From the NCBI GenBank assembly GCA_044376225.1, contig JBILLF010000003.1, positions 2,754-66,753 on the forward strand: DNA of 64,000 nt. The letters are read 5' to 3'. A model generated the notes under the pieces. It ran no database searches. It was given only the letters and a program-made list of their open reading frames with translations, and was not told where the DNA came from. Every line of letters begins with the position of its first letter. Within the stretch, counting starts at the first letter, position 1. This stretch comes from Patescibacteria group bacterium (GTDB lineage Bacteria; Bacteroidota; Ignavibacteria; Kapaibacteriales; Kapaibacteriaceae). The position numbers and the translations under genes were made by a program. This document shows, piece after piece, positions 25,245 to 33,600 of this stretch.

Positions 25245-25837
25245 TCGTTGCGTTGAACAAGCCTTGGGGTGTGCTGTCACAGTTCACACCAGAGCCCGGC
25301 AGTCAGCACACAACGCTTGAGCAGTTTGGCCTGCCTGATGGTGTGTACCCTGTCGGACGTCTTGATGCCGACAGCGAGGGGTTACTTCTCCTGACCGATG
25401 AAAAGGAGCTCGTCTCTCGGCTACTCGAACCCAGAAATGGTCACAACCGAACCTATTGGGTTCAGGTTGAGGGAATCCCGACAATAGACGCCTTATGTGA
25501 GTTATCAGCAGGCGTGCGACTTAACGGATACACTACGCAACCCTGCCGTGTTCGTCTGCTTCACCCGGAGCCAACGATCTGGGAGCGCACACCACCTATT
25601 CGTCATCGGGCTACAATCCCAACGGCGTGGCTAGAGATGATCCTCATAGAAGGCAAAAACCGCCAAGTGAGGCGAATGACTGCAAAGATTGGCCACCCAA
25701 CCCTACGCCTGGTTCGTGTGCGCAGCGGCGGGCTTGGACTCGATACTCTCGGGCTCGGCTCAGGTGCTTGGTGTGTTCTCGGGGCTGACCATCGCACTCT
25801 TCTTCTTGAGAGCCGACAGAGCACGTCCTATCGATAG
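25241..25837 (+). CDS. RsuA/RluE-family rRNA pseudouridine synthase
   Basis: Catalytic motif VGRLDADSEGLLLLTD, YWVQVEG and EGKNRQVRRMTAKIG. There is an ATGA overlap with the upstream CDS. The 3' end overlaps convergent ccmF by 78 nt. Confidence 0.8.
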   Translation: MIVALNKPWGVLSQFTPEPGSQHTTLEQFGLPDGVYPVGRLDADSEGLLLLTDEKELVSRLLEPRNGHNRTYWVQVEGIPTIDALCELSAGVRLNGYTTQPCRVRLLHPEPTIWERTPPIRHRATIPTAWLEMILIEGKNRQVRRMTAKIGHPTLRLVRVRSGGLGLDTLGLGSGAWCVLGADHRTLLLESRQSTSYR

Positions 25838-28093
25838 ACAAAATCCAGTGACCATGGCGATCACACCAAACCAGACAAGCGAGATAAGGGGCTTATCACT
25901 GAACTCGACGGTGAACTCCTCACGTCCAACGGGCATAGGTTTAGCTGTGTCATAGAATGCGAGCGTCCCAGTGGACTTTGTTGGATCGTCATTGTTACGT
26001 TGGATCTCGACCAGACCAACGGCATAGGAGGAACCCGGTAGAGATTGCCAAACTGGATCGAACATTGGTCCAGAACTGCCGGTCGTGATCCTTGTCAGTA
26101 GCCGCAGCTCTCCTGCCTGCCGGCCATCAGAATCTGCCACATGGACAATGCCAGCCATCTGCATGCGACCGTCCGCAGAAGCCCCTTCCTCCATTGGCAT
26201 GGTGAACCGCTCAAGTGTCAATCGGATGGACGAGTCGATCGGTGCTGTGATCGTGGTACCCCGCATGACAACAGTTGAGTGGAAGACATCTTCGCGCCCC
26301 GTTGCTTTTGGGGATACGTAGAGGTCCGTGGTCAGCCCCCAAGCGATGCCTGGCTCGAGAAATGCAGATTGACGTTGGTTGAAGTCACTCCAATAGAGCA
26401 CAGGAGCCACCACGCGACGTTTACCGTCACGCTCGATACGAACGTAGTACCGGAACTTCTCGCGGTCCTTGAACTGGCGTTCAACTTGCTCCTTGCCCAG
26501 ATACGTTAGGACATACGGACCTACTTGTTTGGGTAATCCATGTAGAAGCACAGCATGGTAACTGGTCGAGTAGGACGAGGTGCAGATCACACCGAACATC
26601 AGCATGGCAATGCCCGTGTGCGAAACGTAAGCGCCCATCATTGCAGGACCGGATCGTAGCAGGCGAAGTGCCTCGCGCAGATTCACGGCAAGTGAGAACC
26701 AAGCACCAAAGCCCAAGGCAAGGGGCCATATTGACCGGATACCAAAGGCAAAAAGCAAAACAGTTCCGGCCGCAGCAACTACAATTGCCGGTACGACTCC
26801 CCTGCGCAGCCGTTCAGATGATGTTGAACGCCAAAGTACAACCAATGAAAGACCGTTGACCAGAAGTACTGCCGGGACAAGCCACTGATGAATCTGGTTG
26901 TAGAAGTCTATGGCTACCGCAACCTTGGGTAGTCCTAAGACCTCCATGATCACGGGCCATGATGTGCCGATGGTGACGAAGATGGCGCTGGCCATCGTCA
27001 GCGAGGCACCGATCGAGAGCATGAACTCGCGCGTGGTCGGTGAGAACTCCTCCTTGCGAACATTCATGTCCCGCCGACGTAGAAGCACAAGCCCAGTGCC
27101 AATCAGAACAAAGACGACCATAAAGGCCAGCAGTATCCAGAAGGCGAATTTTCCCGGATCAACAAACGAGTGAACCGAGGTATCACCAAGCACACCACTT
27201 CGGGTCAGAAAAGTCGAATAGAGTACCATCACAAAACTGACCACGGCCAGGATCATATTCGTCTTGACAAGGCCACGGGTACGCTTCTGGACGAGCATCG
27301 TGTGAACCAGTGCCACCACCACAAGCCATGGGATCAGAGAGGAGTTCTCAACAGGATCCCATCCCCAGAATCCACCCCAGCCGAGGGTTTCATAGGCCCA
27401 GAAGCCACCAAGCATTATGCCGAAACCAAGGACCGCAGTACCAAAAAGTGTCCATGGAAGGGCAATGTCTATCCAGCGGTGGTACTCCCGACGGACAAGA
27501 CCGGCCATGGCAAAGGCAAAGCTTACTGACATCGAAGCAAAGCCGGTGAAGAGGATCGGAGGGTGAATGGTGATCCATGCATTATGCAGTAGCGGATTCA
27601 ACCCTCGCCCGTTTTCGGGCACATCGGCAAGAGTGATGCCGCGGGCGGCGAAGGATTCGTGGTAGTATGCAAACGGATTCTTCGCCACGAGCAATAGTGT
27701 CAGGAAGCTCAGAATCAATCCGTAGAAAAGCATCACGGCCGACTCATAGCCATGACGTCGGGCATAGGGCTGCAGGATACTACCAATGCCCGCAACAAGT
27801 AAGGTCCAGAGAAGGATGCTTCCCTCCTGACCCGAATAGAAGCAGGCAATAAGGAGATGAAGCGGGAGATCTTTGGAGGAATAGTTCCAGACGTAGGTAT
27901 ATCCGAACTGATGCGTGACGATCAGAAAGATCAGACCAACGGCCGAAACGATGAGTCCGCCGGTCATGATGCGGAAAAGCCACCGTCCGGTCATCGCCAG
28001 AACCTCTGATCCGTTACGCAGAGCAAGGGCATAGAGCACTGTGCAGGCAACAGCCAGACCGAACAGAAGATGGATTCCCAGTTGTCCGATCAT
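25760..28093 (-). CDS. ccmF: Cytochrome c-type biogenesis protein CcmF (heme lyase component)
   Basis: 777 aa and polytopic, with the WWD motif WGGFWGWDPVENSSLIPWL and an N-terminus typical of CcmF (YVWNYSSKDLPLHLLIACFYSGQEGSILLW). Confidence 0.9.
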   Translation of the reverse strand: MIGQLGIHLLFGLAVACTVLYALALRNGSEVLAMTGRWLFRIMTGGLIVSAVGLIFLIVTHQFGYTYVWNYSSKDLPLHLLIACFYSGQEGSILLWTLLVAGIGSILQPYARRHGYESAVMLFYGLILSFLTLLLVAKNPFAYYHESFAARGITLADVPENGRGLNPLLHNAWITIHPPILFTGFASMSVSFAFAMAGLVRREYHRWIDIALPWTLFGTAVLGFGIMLGGFWAYETLGWGGFWGWDPVENSSLIPWLVVVALVHTMLVQKRTRGLVKTNMILAVVSFVMVLYSTFLTRSGVLGDTSVHSFVDPGKFAFWILLAFMVVFVLIGTGLVLLRRRDMNVRKEEFSPTTREFMLSIGASLTMASAIFVTIGTSWPVIMEVLGLPKVAVAIDFYNQIHQWLVPAVLLVNGLSLVVLWRSTSSERLRRGVVPAIVVAAAGTVLLFAFGIRSIWPLALGFGAWFSLAVNLREALRLLRSGPAMMGAYVSHTGIAMLMFGVICTSSYSTSYHAVLLHGLPKQVGPYVLTYLGKEQVERQFKDREKFRYYVRIERDGKRRVVAPVLYWSDFNQRQSAFLEPGIAWGLTTDLYVSPKATGREDVFHSTVVMRGTTITAPIDSSIRLTLERFTMPMEEGASADGRMQMAGIVHVADSDGRQAGELRLLTRITTGSSGPMFDPVWQSLPGSSYAVGLVEIQRNNDDPTKSTGTLAFYDTAKPMPVGREEFTVEFSDKPLISLVWFGVIAMVTGFCLSIGRALSALKKKSAMVSPENTPST

Positions 28094-28443
28094 GGAAACA
28101 GAACCTGCGTAGCGTGAAAGATCGGCGTGTCTCCGCCATGAACGTGCCCTACAAATCGAGACCGCATTCCCGGCTGAAGGGGGCGCTGTGGAGCTGAGCC
28201 CGTGTACTGAATGCTGAATGGCCTGCCGGTGTTATCCGTGGCCGAGATCGCTGCCATATCGGTGGCGTCAACGATCACAACGTCGACGAGGACCTTGGAG
28301 GCCGGATCCGATTCACTGGTATGCTGCGTCTTATCGATGGCCTCGTCAAATGAGACACTCGGAGGCTGACCGTACTGCATGGCCAGGTAGATGATCACCG
28401 GAATGCTGACGAGCGCACCGGCAATGATGAGCTTTCGAATCAC
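28090..28443 (-). CDS. Membrane-anchored CcmE-like OB-fold protein lacking the heme-binding tail
   Basis: 117 aa with one N-terminal TM. RPFSIQYTGSAPQRPLQPGMRSRFVGHVHGGDTPIFHATQVLFP follows the CcmE pattern but stops right after the ...VL position. It has ATGA-type overlaps on both sides (ccmE and ccmF). Confidence 0.45.
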   Translation of the reverse strand: MIRKLIIAGALVSIPVIIYLAMQYGQPPSVSFDEAIDKTQHTSESDPASKVLVDVVIVDATDMAAISATDNTGRPFSIQYTGSAPQRPLQPGMRSRFVGHVHGGDTPIFHATQVLFP

Positions 28444-28844
28444 TGTTCTGCCTGTCCCTCATACTTGGAAGGACACTTCGTTAGAACGGCCGACGCCCTG
28501 AACACCCCGTTCTCCATTCGTCCCTTGGCAACGACACTCACGGCGATCTCGAAGTTGTTTGGTTTTGCACCACTCAGAACAACTGGAACGATTTCTCCCT
28601 GCTGATCTTTGAGTGTGAACGAAAAGATATTGCGGTGTTGGTCATACTCCATACCGCGTTCTTTGACCCATGTTCCGACAATCTGCACGGTCTTACCGAG
28701 CTGCTCGGCGCGATCGACATTGGTGTACTCAACGGAGCTCGATAACAGTGCCGATACGCCAAGAGTAGCGAACCCAATGATGACCACGGAAGCAATAACA
28801 ATCTTCCACGGAAAGGGGCGGATGTCAGGCGACGTTTTTTCCAT
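28440..28844 (-). CDS. ccmE: Cytochrome c maturation heme chaperone CcmE, CXXXY variant
   Basis: 134 aa with an N-terminal TM and an OB-fold pattern (FSFTLKDQQGEIVPVVLSGAKPNNFEIAVSVVAKGRMENGVFRASAVLTKCPSKY). CPSKY at 28461-28475 sits where canonical CcmE has HDENY. Confidence 0.8.
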   Translation of the reverse strand: MEKTSPDIRPFPWKIVIASVVIIGFATLGVSALLSSSVEYTNVDRAEQLGKTVQIVGTWVKERGMEYDQHRNIFSFTLKDQQGEIVPVVLSGAKPNNFEIAVSVVAKGRMENGVFRASAVLTKCPSKYEGQAEQ

Positions 28845-28986
28845 TGTGCTGTAAACGACGAATGGACTTTGCTAGTTCATTGATACGCGTATCGATGCGC
28901 TGCAGGTATAGGGCCATCCCGCCCCATAGCACCAGAATCGTGACGAGCACGACATACATCGGATTCTGCGTAAGGAAGTCGATCAT
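28825..28986 (-). CDS. ccmD: CcmD-like small membrane protein (53 aa; below the ORF-track cutoff)
   Basis: My own translation: MIDFLTQNPMYVVLVTILVLWGGMALYLQRIDTRINELAKSIRRLQHNGKNVA. It has a single TM followed by a basic helix. Its ATG overlaps the ccmC stop (ATGA at 28983-28986) and its 3' end overlaps the ccmE start by 20 nt. Confidence 0.55.
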   Translation of the reverse strand: MIDFLTQNPMYVVLVTILVLWGGMALYLQRIDTRINELAKSIRRLQHNGKNVA

Positions 28987-30020
28987 ACGAACTCCTGTAA
29001 CTCAGCATGATGGCGCTCGACGCGCGCATAACGCACGCGAAGGTTCACCAGCCAGGCAAAGACCATGGTGAAGGAAAAGAGAGCTAGGCCGAAAACGGCG
29101 TTCTTGGTCGGATTGATTGCATCCGAACGCGGACTTAGTAACGGTCCGATGTTGGAGTCGTCAGCACTACCTGGATGGAGGCCGGGCAACAGTCGCGGAA
29201 GGACGAACATGAGAAACGGCACGGTGGCAAACGCTATGATCGCATAAACGCCGCTTAGGCGGGCCCGTCGCTGCTCATCGTCGATGGACGAGCGCAGTAG
29301 GAAGTAAGCAGCGTAGATCAGGAGCAACAGGAGAATCGACGTCTGACGTGGATCCCAGTTCCAGAATGTTCCCCAATTGAACTTTGCCCACACAGCTCCC
29401 GTGGTCGTGGCCAAAATCGTAAACAGCGTACCTACGGAGGCTGTTGCAGCCGACATTTCGTCGTGACCGATCTGCCCTGTACGAAGGTAGCGCACGGCTG
29501 CTATCATGGCCAGGCAATAGGCAATGACCGCACACCACGACATTGGAACGTGGAAGAAAAGTATGCGTGCACGCTCTTCAAGCCCTACGATGTATGGCAT
29601 TGTAAGGGGCGGTTCAATGGCAACCAGTTCGGATATCTCAAAAGATCGATCGCTGGCAAGACGCCGAAGCCGTGCGATCACGTCTGCCGATGGTTCGATC
29701 GTGTTTAGCCGAACACGCACGTCATCTGAGGCGATGAAGGAAACCTTTACCCGCGTGTCTCGAGCATCGATAAGTGCCCCTTCGGCAACGTTGATCCGCA
29801 CGAGCGCTGGTACCGTTTTCGTAGAATCTGCCCGGTGCTGCACAACCACGTCGGTGATGCTCCCGGCAAGTGGAGGAAAAATGCCAAGAATACAGGTCAA
29901 CGTAACGGAGGCAACGACCAGCCATCTCCACCATTGCGGTTTCTGTTCATCGATGCGTCCGGGACGGTGCATCAGAACCAGCGCACTGACGACGCCAGCC
30001 AGCATGATCACGAATTTCAT
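28983..30020 (-). CDS. ccmC: CcmC-like heme exporter/handling protein with an N-terminal extension of about 140 aa
   Basis: WWD motif WGTFWNWDPRQTSILLLLLIY. The conserved core begins around RILFFHVPMSW. The extra N-terminal region has two hydrophobic helices plus a soluble segment. Confidence 0.85.
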   Translation of the reverse strand: MKFVIMLAGVVSALVLMHRPGRIDEQKPQWWRWLVVASVTLTCILGIFPPLAGSITDVVVQHRADSTKTVPALVRINVAEGALIDARDTRVKVSFIASDDVRVRLNTIEPSADVIARLRRLASDRSFEISELVAIEPPLTMPYIVGLEERARILFFHVPMSWCAVIAYCLAMIAAVRYLRTGQIGHDEMSAATASVGTLFTILATTTGAVWAKFNWGTFWNWDPRQTSILLLLLIYAAYFLLRSSIDDEQRRARLSGVYAIIAFATVPFLMFVLPRLLPGLHPGSADDSNIGPLLSPRSDAINPTKNAVFGLALFSFTMVFAWLVNLRVRYARVERHHAELQEFV

Positions 30021-30059
30021 TGCGCGAAGTTACGGCGAAGCGGAGGAGTTATGGCAGGT

Positions 30060-30464
30060 TCATTCTGTCATTAACAGAACTCCGGTTGCCCGGAGTTCTG
30101 GGATGCGGTTACGGCCGATGATTGTATCACGAATCTTGCCCTTGACCCGCACTCTGCTTCCCCGCGATATAACGGGAATTCCTAAGCCGGTCTCATCGAC
30201 ATAACGCACTGTGAGTTCATGTGAACTGTCCGATACGATAAACCAGCACCCCTCATCTCGGCACACTTCATGAATGCGTCCTTCAAGAATAACGGTTCTG
30301 CCGACGGAGCTTCGCTGGAAAGCTTCAGAGAGATTCACCAGCTTACCATCGACTTCCCCACCGAATGACGTTCGATCGGCACATCCGATGATCGCGACAA
30401 TCATCGCGCAGACTAATGTGAGCTTAATCGTCAATTCTAGACGGTTTGGAGATGTTGAGGCCAT
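30060..30464 (-). CDS. DUF4920-like lipoprotein (C-x4-C-W motif)
   Basis: EVCRDEGCWFIVSD matches the conserved GCW motif as I recall it for DUF4920. The likely real start is the TTG at 30434, giving MTIKLTLVCAMIVAIIGC (lipobox IIGC). Confidence 0.5.
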   Translation of the reverse strand: MASTSPNRLELTIKLTLVCAMIVAIIGCADRTSFGGEVDGKLVNLSEAFQRSSVGRTVILEGRIHEVCRDEGCWFIVSDSSHELTVRYVDETGLGIPVISRGSRVRVKGKIRDTIIGRNRIPELRATGVLLMTE

Positions 30465-30477
30465 GAACCTGGAAATG

Positions 30478-30511
30478 AAAAAGCCCCTTGACTTCAGGCA
30501 TCAAGGGGCTT
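30478..30511 (-). terminator. Rho-independent terminator-like hairpin immediately 3' of tRNA-Thr
   Basis: The minus strand reads AAGCCCCTTGA-TGCCTGAAG-TCAAGGGGCTT followed by TTTCATTTCC. That is a 9-11 bp GC-rich stem followed by a U-run. Confidence 0.6.
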
Positions 30512-30587
30512 TGGAGCCAATGACCGGACTTGAACCGGTGACCTGCTCATTACGAATGAGCTGCTCTACCAGCTGAGCTACATTGGC
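30512..30587 (-). tRNA. tRNA-Thr (anticodon CGU), CCA encoded
   Basis: The reverse complement GCCAATGTAGCTCAGCTGGTAGAGCAGCTCATTCGTAATGAGCAGGTCACCGGTTCAAGTCCGGTCATTGGCTCCA folds as a cloverleaf. Elements: acceptor GCCAATG/CATTGGC, D stem GCTC/GAGC, anticodon stem GCTCA/TGAGC with loop TTCGTAA, and T stem ACCGG/CCGGT with loop TTCAAGT. Confidence 0.95.
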
Positions 30588-30599
30588 CTGAACGGAGGG

Positions 30600-30607
30600 C
30601 AAAAATA
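30600..30607 (-). promoter_or_regulatory. Candidate -7 box TATTTTTG, with a -33-like TTTG 20 nt upstream, for tRNA-Thr
   Basis: The minus strand reads CGTCGTTTGGTCATCACTGACCGATGGCGTATTTTTGCCCTCCGTTCAG then the tRNA. TAnnTTTG ends 12 nt before the mature tRNA 5' end. Confidence 0.5.
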
Positions 30608-30650
30608 CGCCATCGGTCAGTGATGACCAAACGACGGATTGGCCGCGAAC

Positions 30651-33600
30651 TTAGCGATGGATGAGCAGAGGAAGAGCCGTGGTACCGAATGAGTTTCGTG
30701 TACGAAGCAGATACATTCCATCAGGCAGTTCTCTAACGGACACAGCCAGCGTCTGTTCTCCCGGGGAAACAGATTGAGCGGCCAGCACAAGCACCTCTCT
30801 GCCCTGCACATCAAGGAACTCGATCGAAAGCTGATCATCAGAGCTGGAACGCACCAATACCGACACTACGTCACGGGCAGGCTGAGGACCGAGGATGCGG
30901 ACCGTTTGTCGAACCGCATCATCACCGTTCACAGACGTGCTGCCACTAACGCGCAGCAAGGCCGTTGATGAGCTTGTCGTACCGCAGGCATCCGAAACAT
31001 CGCATGAATAGGACCCTTCATCTGCCTTTGTGGCAGCGGGGATCGTCAGGGAGGCGGCTGTGGCGCTTGGCAGCTTCGAACCGTCCTTGAGCCACTGATA
31101 CGTTAGTCCCGATCCGGATGCCGCAACAGTCAATGTAACCGACTTGCCTTCTTCAACTGTCTGACCCGCCGGCTGCGCGGTGATAACAGTCTTTGCCGTC
31201 ACTGTGACAGTGGCCGGTTGAGAAGTGACGGCCGGAGGACAGTCTCCAGTGATCACACATTCGTATCTGCCTGCCGCGGCCGTTGTGGCTTTGTCTGAGG
31301 AATAGGTGGAGCTTGTTGCACCAGAGATATTCACCCCATCTTTGCGCCACTGGTACTTGGCCGCAACACTCGATGAAGACACTGACAATGTTAGTGTCGC
31401 GCCCTCACAGACCGTCATTGCGGACGGCTGTTTGGTGATTGTCGGAGCGACGTCGATCATAAATGGCGTGGTGAGTTCACTTACGTGGCCGTTAACAGTT
31501 GAGATGCGAATTCGGTAGGAACCAGCAACGGCATTTGAAGGAATCTTCCAGAGGTAAGATCGGCCGCCGATGCTCTTTACCACATCCGACCACTTACCAG
31601 AACCTTCCTGCGAGTACTCGATCCGGAACTTCGTCGTATCAGAGACTCCCGAAGCATCCCATGAAAGGGGCTTGCTGGTTCCGACGCAATACACTTCACC
31701 GCCCTTAGGGGTGACAATCTCAAGGATCCCCGGAGAGAACTTTGTGAGGTATCCATCCGAACCACCAACGCGCTTACTGTAAGCAGAGTCGTGCGTAGGA
31801 AGATTGCCTGACGTGGTGTTGGCCGCAAGCAGAGCATCACCACGGAAGTCGAGCAGATAGTCTACCACCGTGTCCGCTTCGAGACCCGTGAGCAGACTGG
31901 ACTGCGTCACCGATGCAAAATTCATCATCGTGAAGAATCCATCTGTCACACCGAAACGTTCAGTCATGGCGCCAACGCCCTCGATCGGGAAATCCATTGA
32001 GTTGGTGGCACCGCCTATGAGAAATGCTGAAGTGCGGCCGCTTGGCCTTACAGTGCGCACGATGTCGTCACCATTACCACCGAAGTAGGTACCGTTCAGA
32101 ACTTGTGTGCCATTGTTTGCCAATTGAATCACGAAACCGTCCTGTTTTCCAAGGGCCGTAGGATAAATGGAACCGGAGGTCGGAAGATTCGTCGATGTGG
32201 TGTTGCCGCCAACATAGATCTTACCGTCATCATCAATCCACATGGCCGTTGGTTCTTCCTCTCTATTACCACCGAGTAACGTTGCAAAGGTGATACCATC
32301 GGTCTGTGAGAATGTCAGTCCACTACTCATCTTGAGAACAAACCCATCGGTCGTTCCTCCGTTGAACGTGCGGTCGTATGGGGCGCGACCGTTCCACGTG
32401 GCATGGGCAACTGGAATAGCTTCAAAACTTGTTGACGTAGTAGTACCGGTTAGAACAATGTACCCGAGACCATCAACGGCGACCTTGGTGAAAATCTCGT
32501 TACCACCCTGGCCATAATAGCGCGATCGTTGCATGCTACCCGTTGGGGAGTAGATAGCTACAAATCCGTCCATCTGCCCCATGTTGAGATTACCACTGGT
32601 AATGACTACCGTGGTGGTTTTTGTATCTCTACCATCCTGATACTGCCAGGTAACATTGGCTGTGGCGGGCATATTGTTCGGGAAATTGGCCGTTGACATT
32701 GTTCCACCAGCCAGGTAAATCACGCCATTGCCATCAACCGCAATGCTTCGCGGAGAATCATCCCTGTTTCCACCATGGTAAAAGCCCGACAGTAACTTTG
32801 TCAGCGTCGAATCAAGCCGTGCCACATATGCGTCATATCCAGACTTGAGAGTCTTGAACTGCGCAGCAGGGGTTGTTGGCATATCAGACGAATTGGTCTC
32901 AACTGCGATGTAGATATTGTTGTCCTTGTCGCGGGTCAGAGATCGAACTCTATCTGTTCCCGAACCTCCGATAAAGGTCATGGCGGAAATCTTCTGGAAC
33001 CTTGCATCGCAGATCAGAATGAAGGCATCATGATCTCCTTTGATGGCCTTAACGTATCCACCCACGCCGGCTGGGTAGGCCAGCTGTGTGGTCGTGCCAG
33101 AAACAACGATAGACCCGTTTGGCATCATTTCCATGGCTGCGATGGCGTCGAATTGTGCTCCTCCGAGATACGAACCATAGACAAACGAACCAGCCCGAGT
33201 CGCGTCCATTACCGAATGGCCCACGTCGCCCCTTCTGACAATAGCAATGGACGAGGCAAGGGGCTCATCACCCCTTCTGACGGAGCGCATGATGCGACCG
33301 TCCTGCGAAACTGAAATGTTGAGCACAGCACCGCTCTCAAAGCGAAATGCAACAACATCATTGCGCGAGGCGGAAGCAATGATCGGCGTATCGGACCCAT
33401 TTCGGAAGAATGTGACCGTTGATGCGTCCGACGGCAAAGGTGTTTCTATGACGGTTGCGCCGGCAAAGTACTCTTCGATAACGACTCCCGTGCGTCTATC
33501 ACCATCCACGGTGTATTCGTCAACGAGCACACCTGTAGTGGTGACCCACACGTCGACACCCTTGGTGTGACTGTATGCGAGCACGTTTTGTGGCCATTGG

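Noticed and set aside
28844-29071. 75-aa plus-strand ORF between ccmE and ccmC
   Set aside because: The opposite strand holds a ccmD-like 53-codon frame with ATGA coupling to ccmC and the end of ccmC. The plus-strand translation (MCCKRRMDFASSLIRVSMRCRY...) is implausible.
29524-30204. 226-aa plus-strand ORF
   Set aside because: It is antisense to ccmC (WWD motif present) and the DUF4920-like gene, and is a Ser/Arg/Thr-rich shadow frame.
30274-30576. 100-aa plus-strand ORF ending ...GLEPVTCSLRMSCSTS
   Set aside because: Its 3' part is simply a translation through the tRNA-Thr gene (minus strand), and its 5' part is antisense to the DUF4920-like CDS.
30474-30650. tRNA-Thr as a genomic-island integration site
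   Set aside because: There is no integrase, recombinase or phage gene on either side. I noticed no direct repeat of the tRNA 3' end, and the flanking genes (T9SS exoprotein, ccm operon) look like ordinary chromosomal content.
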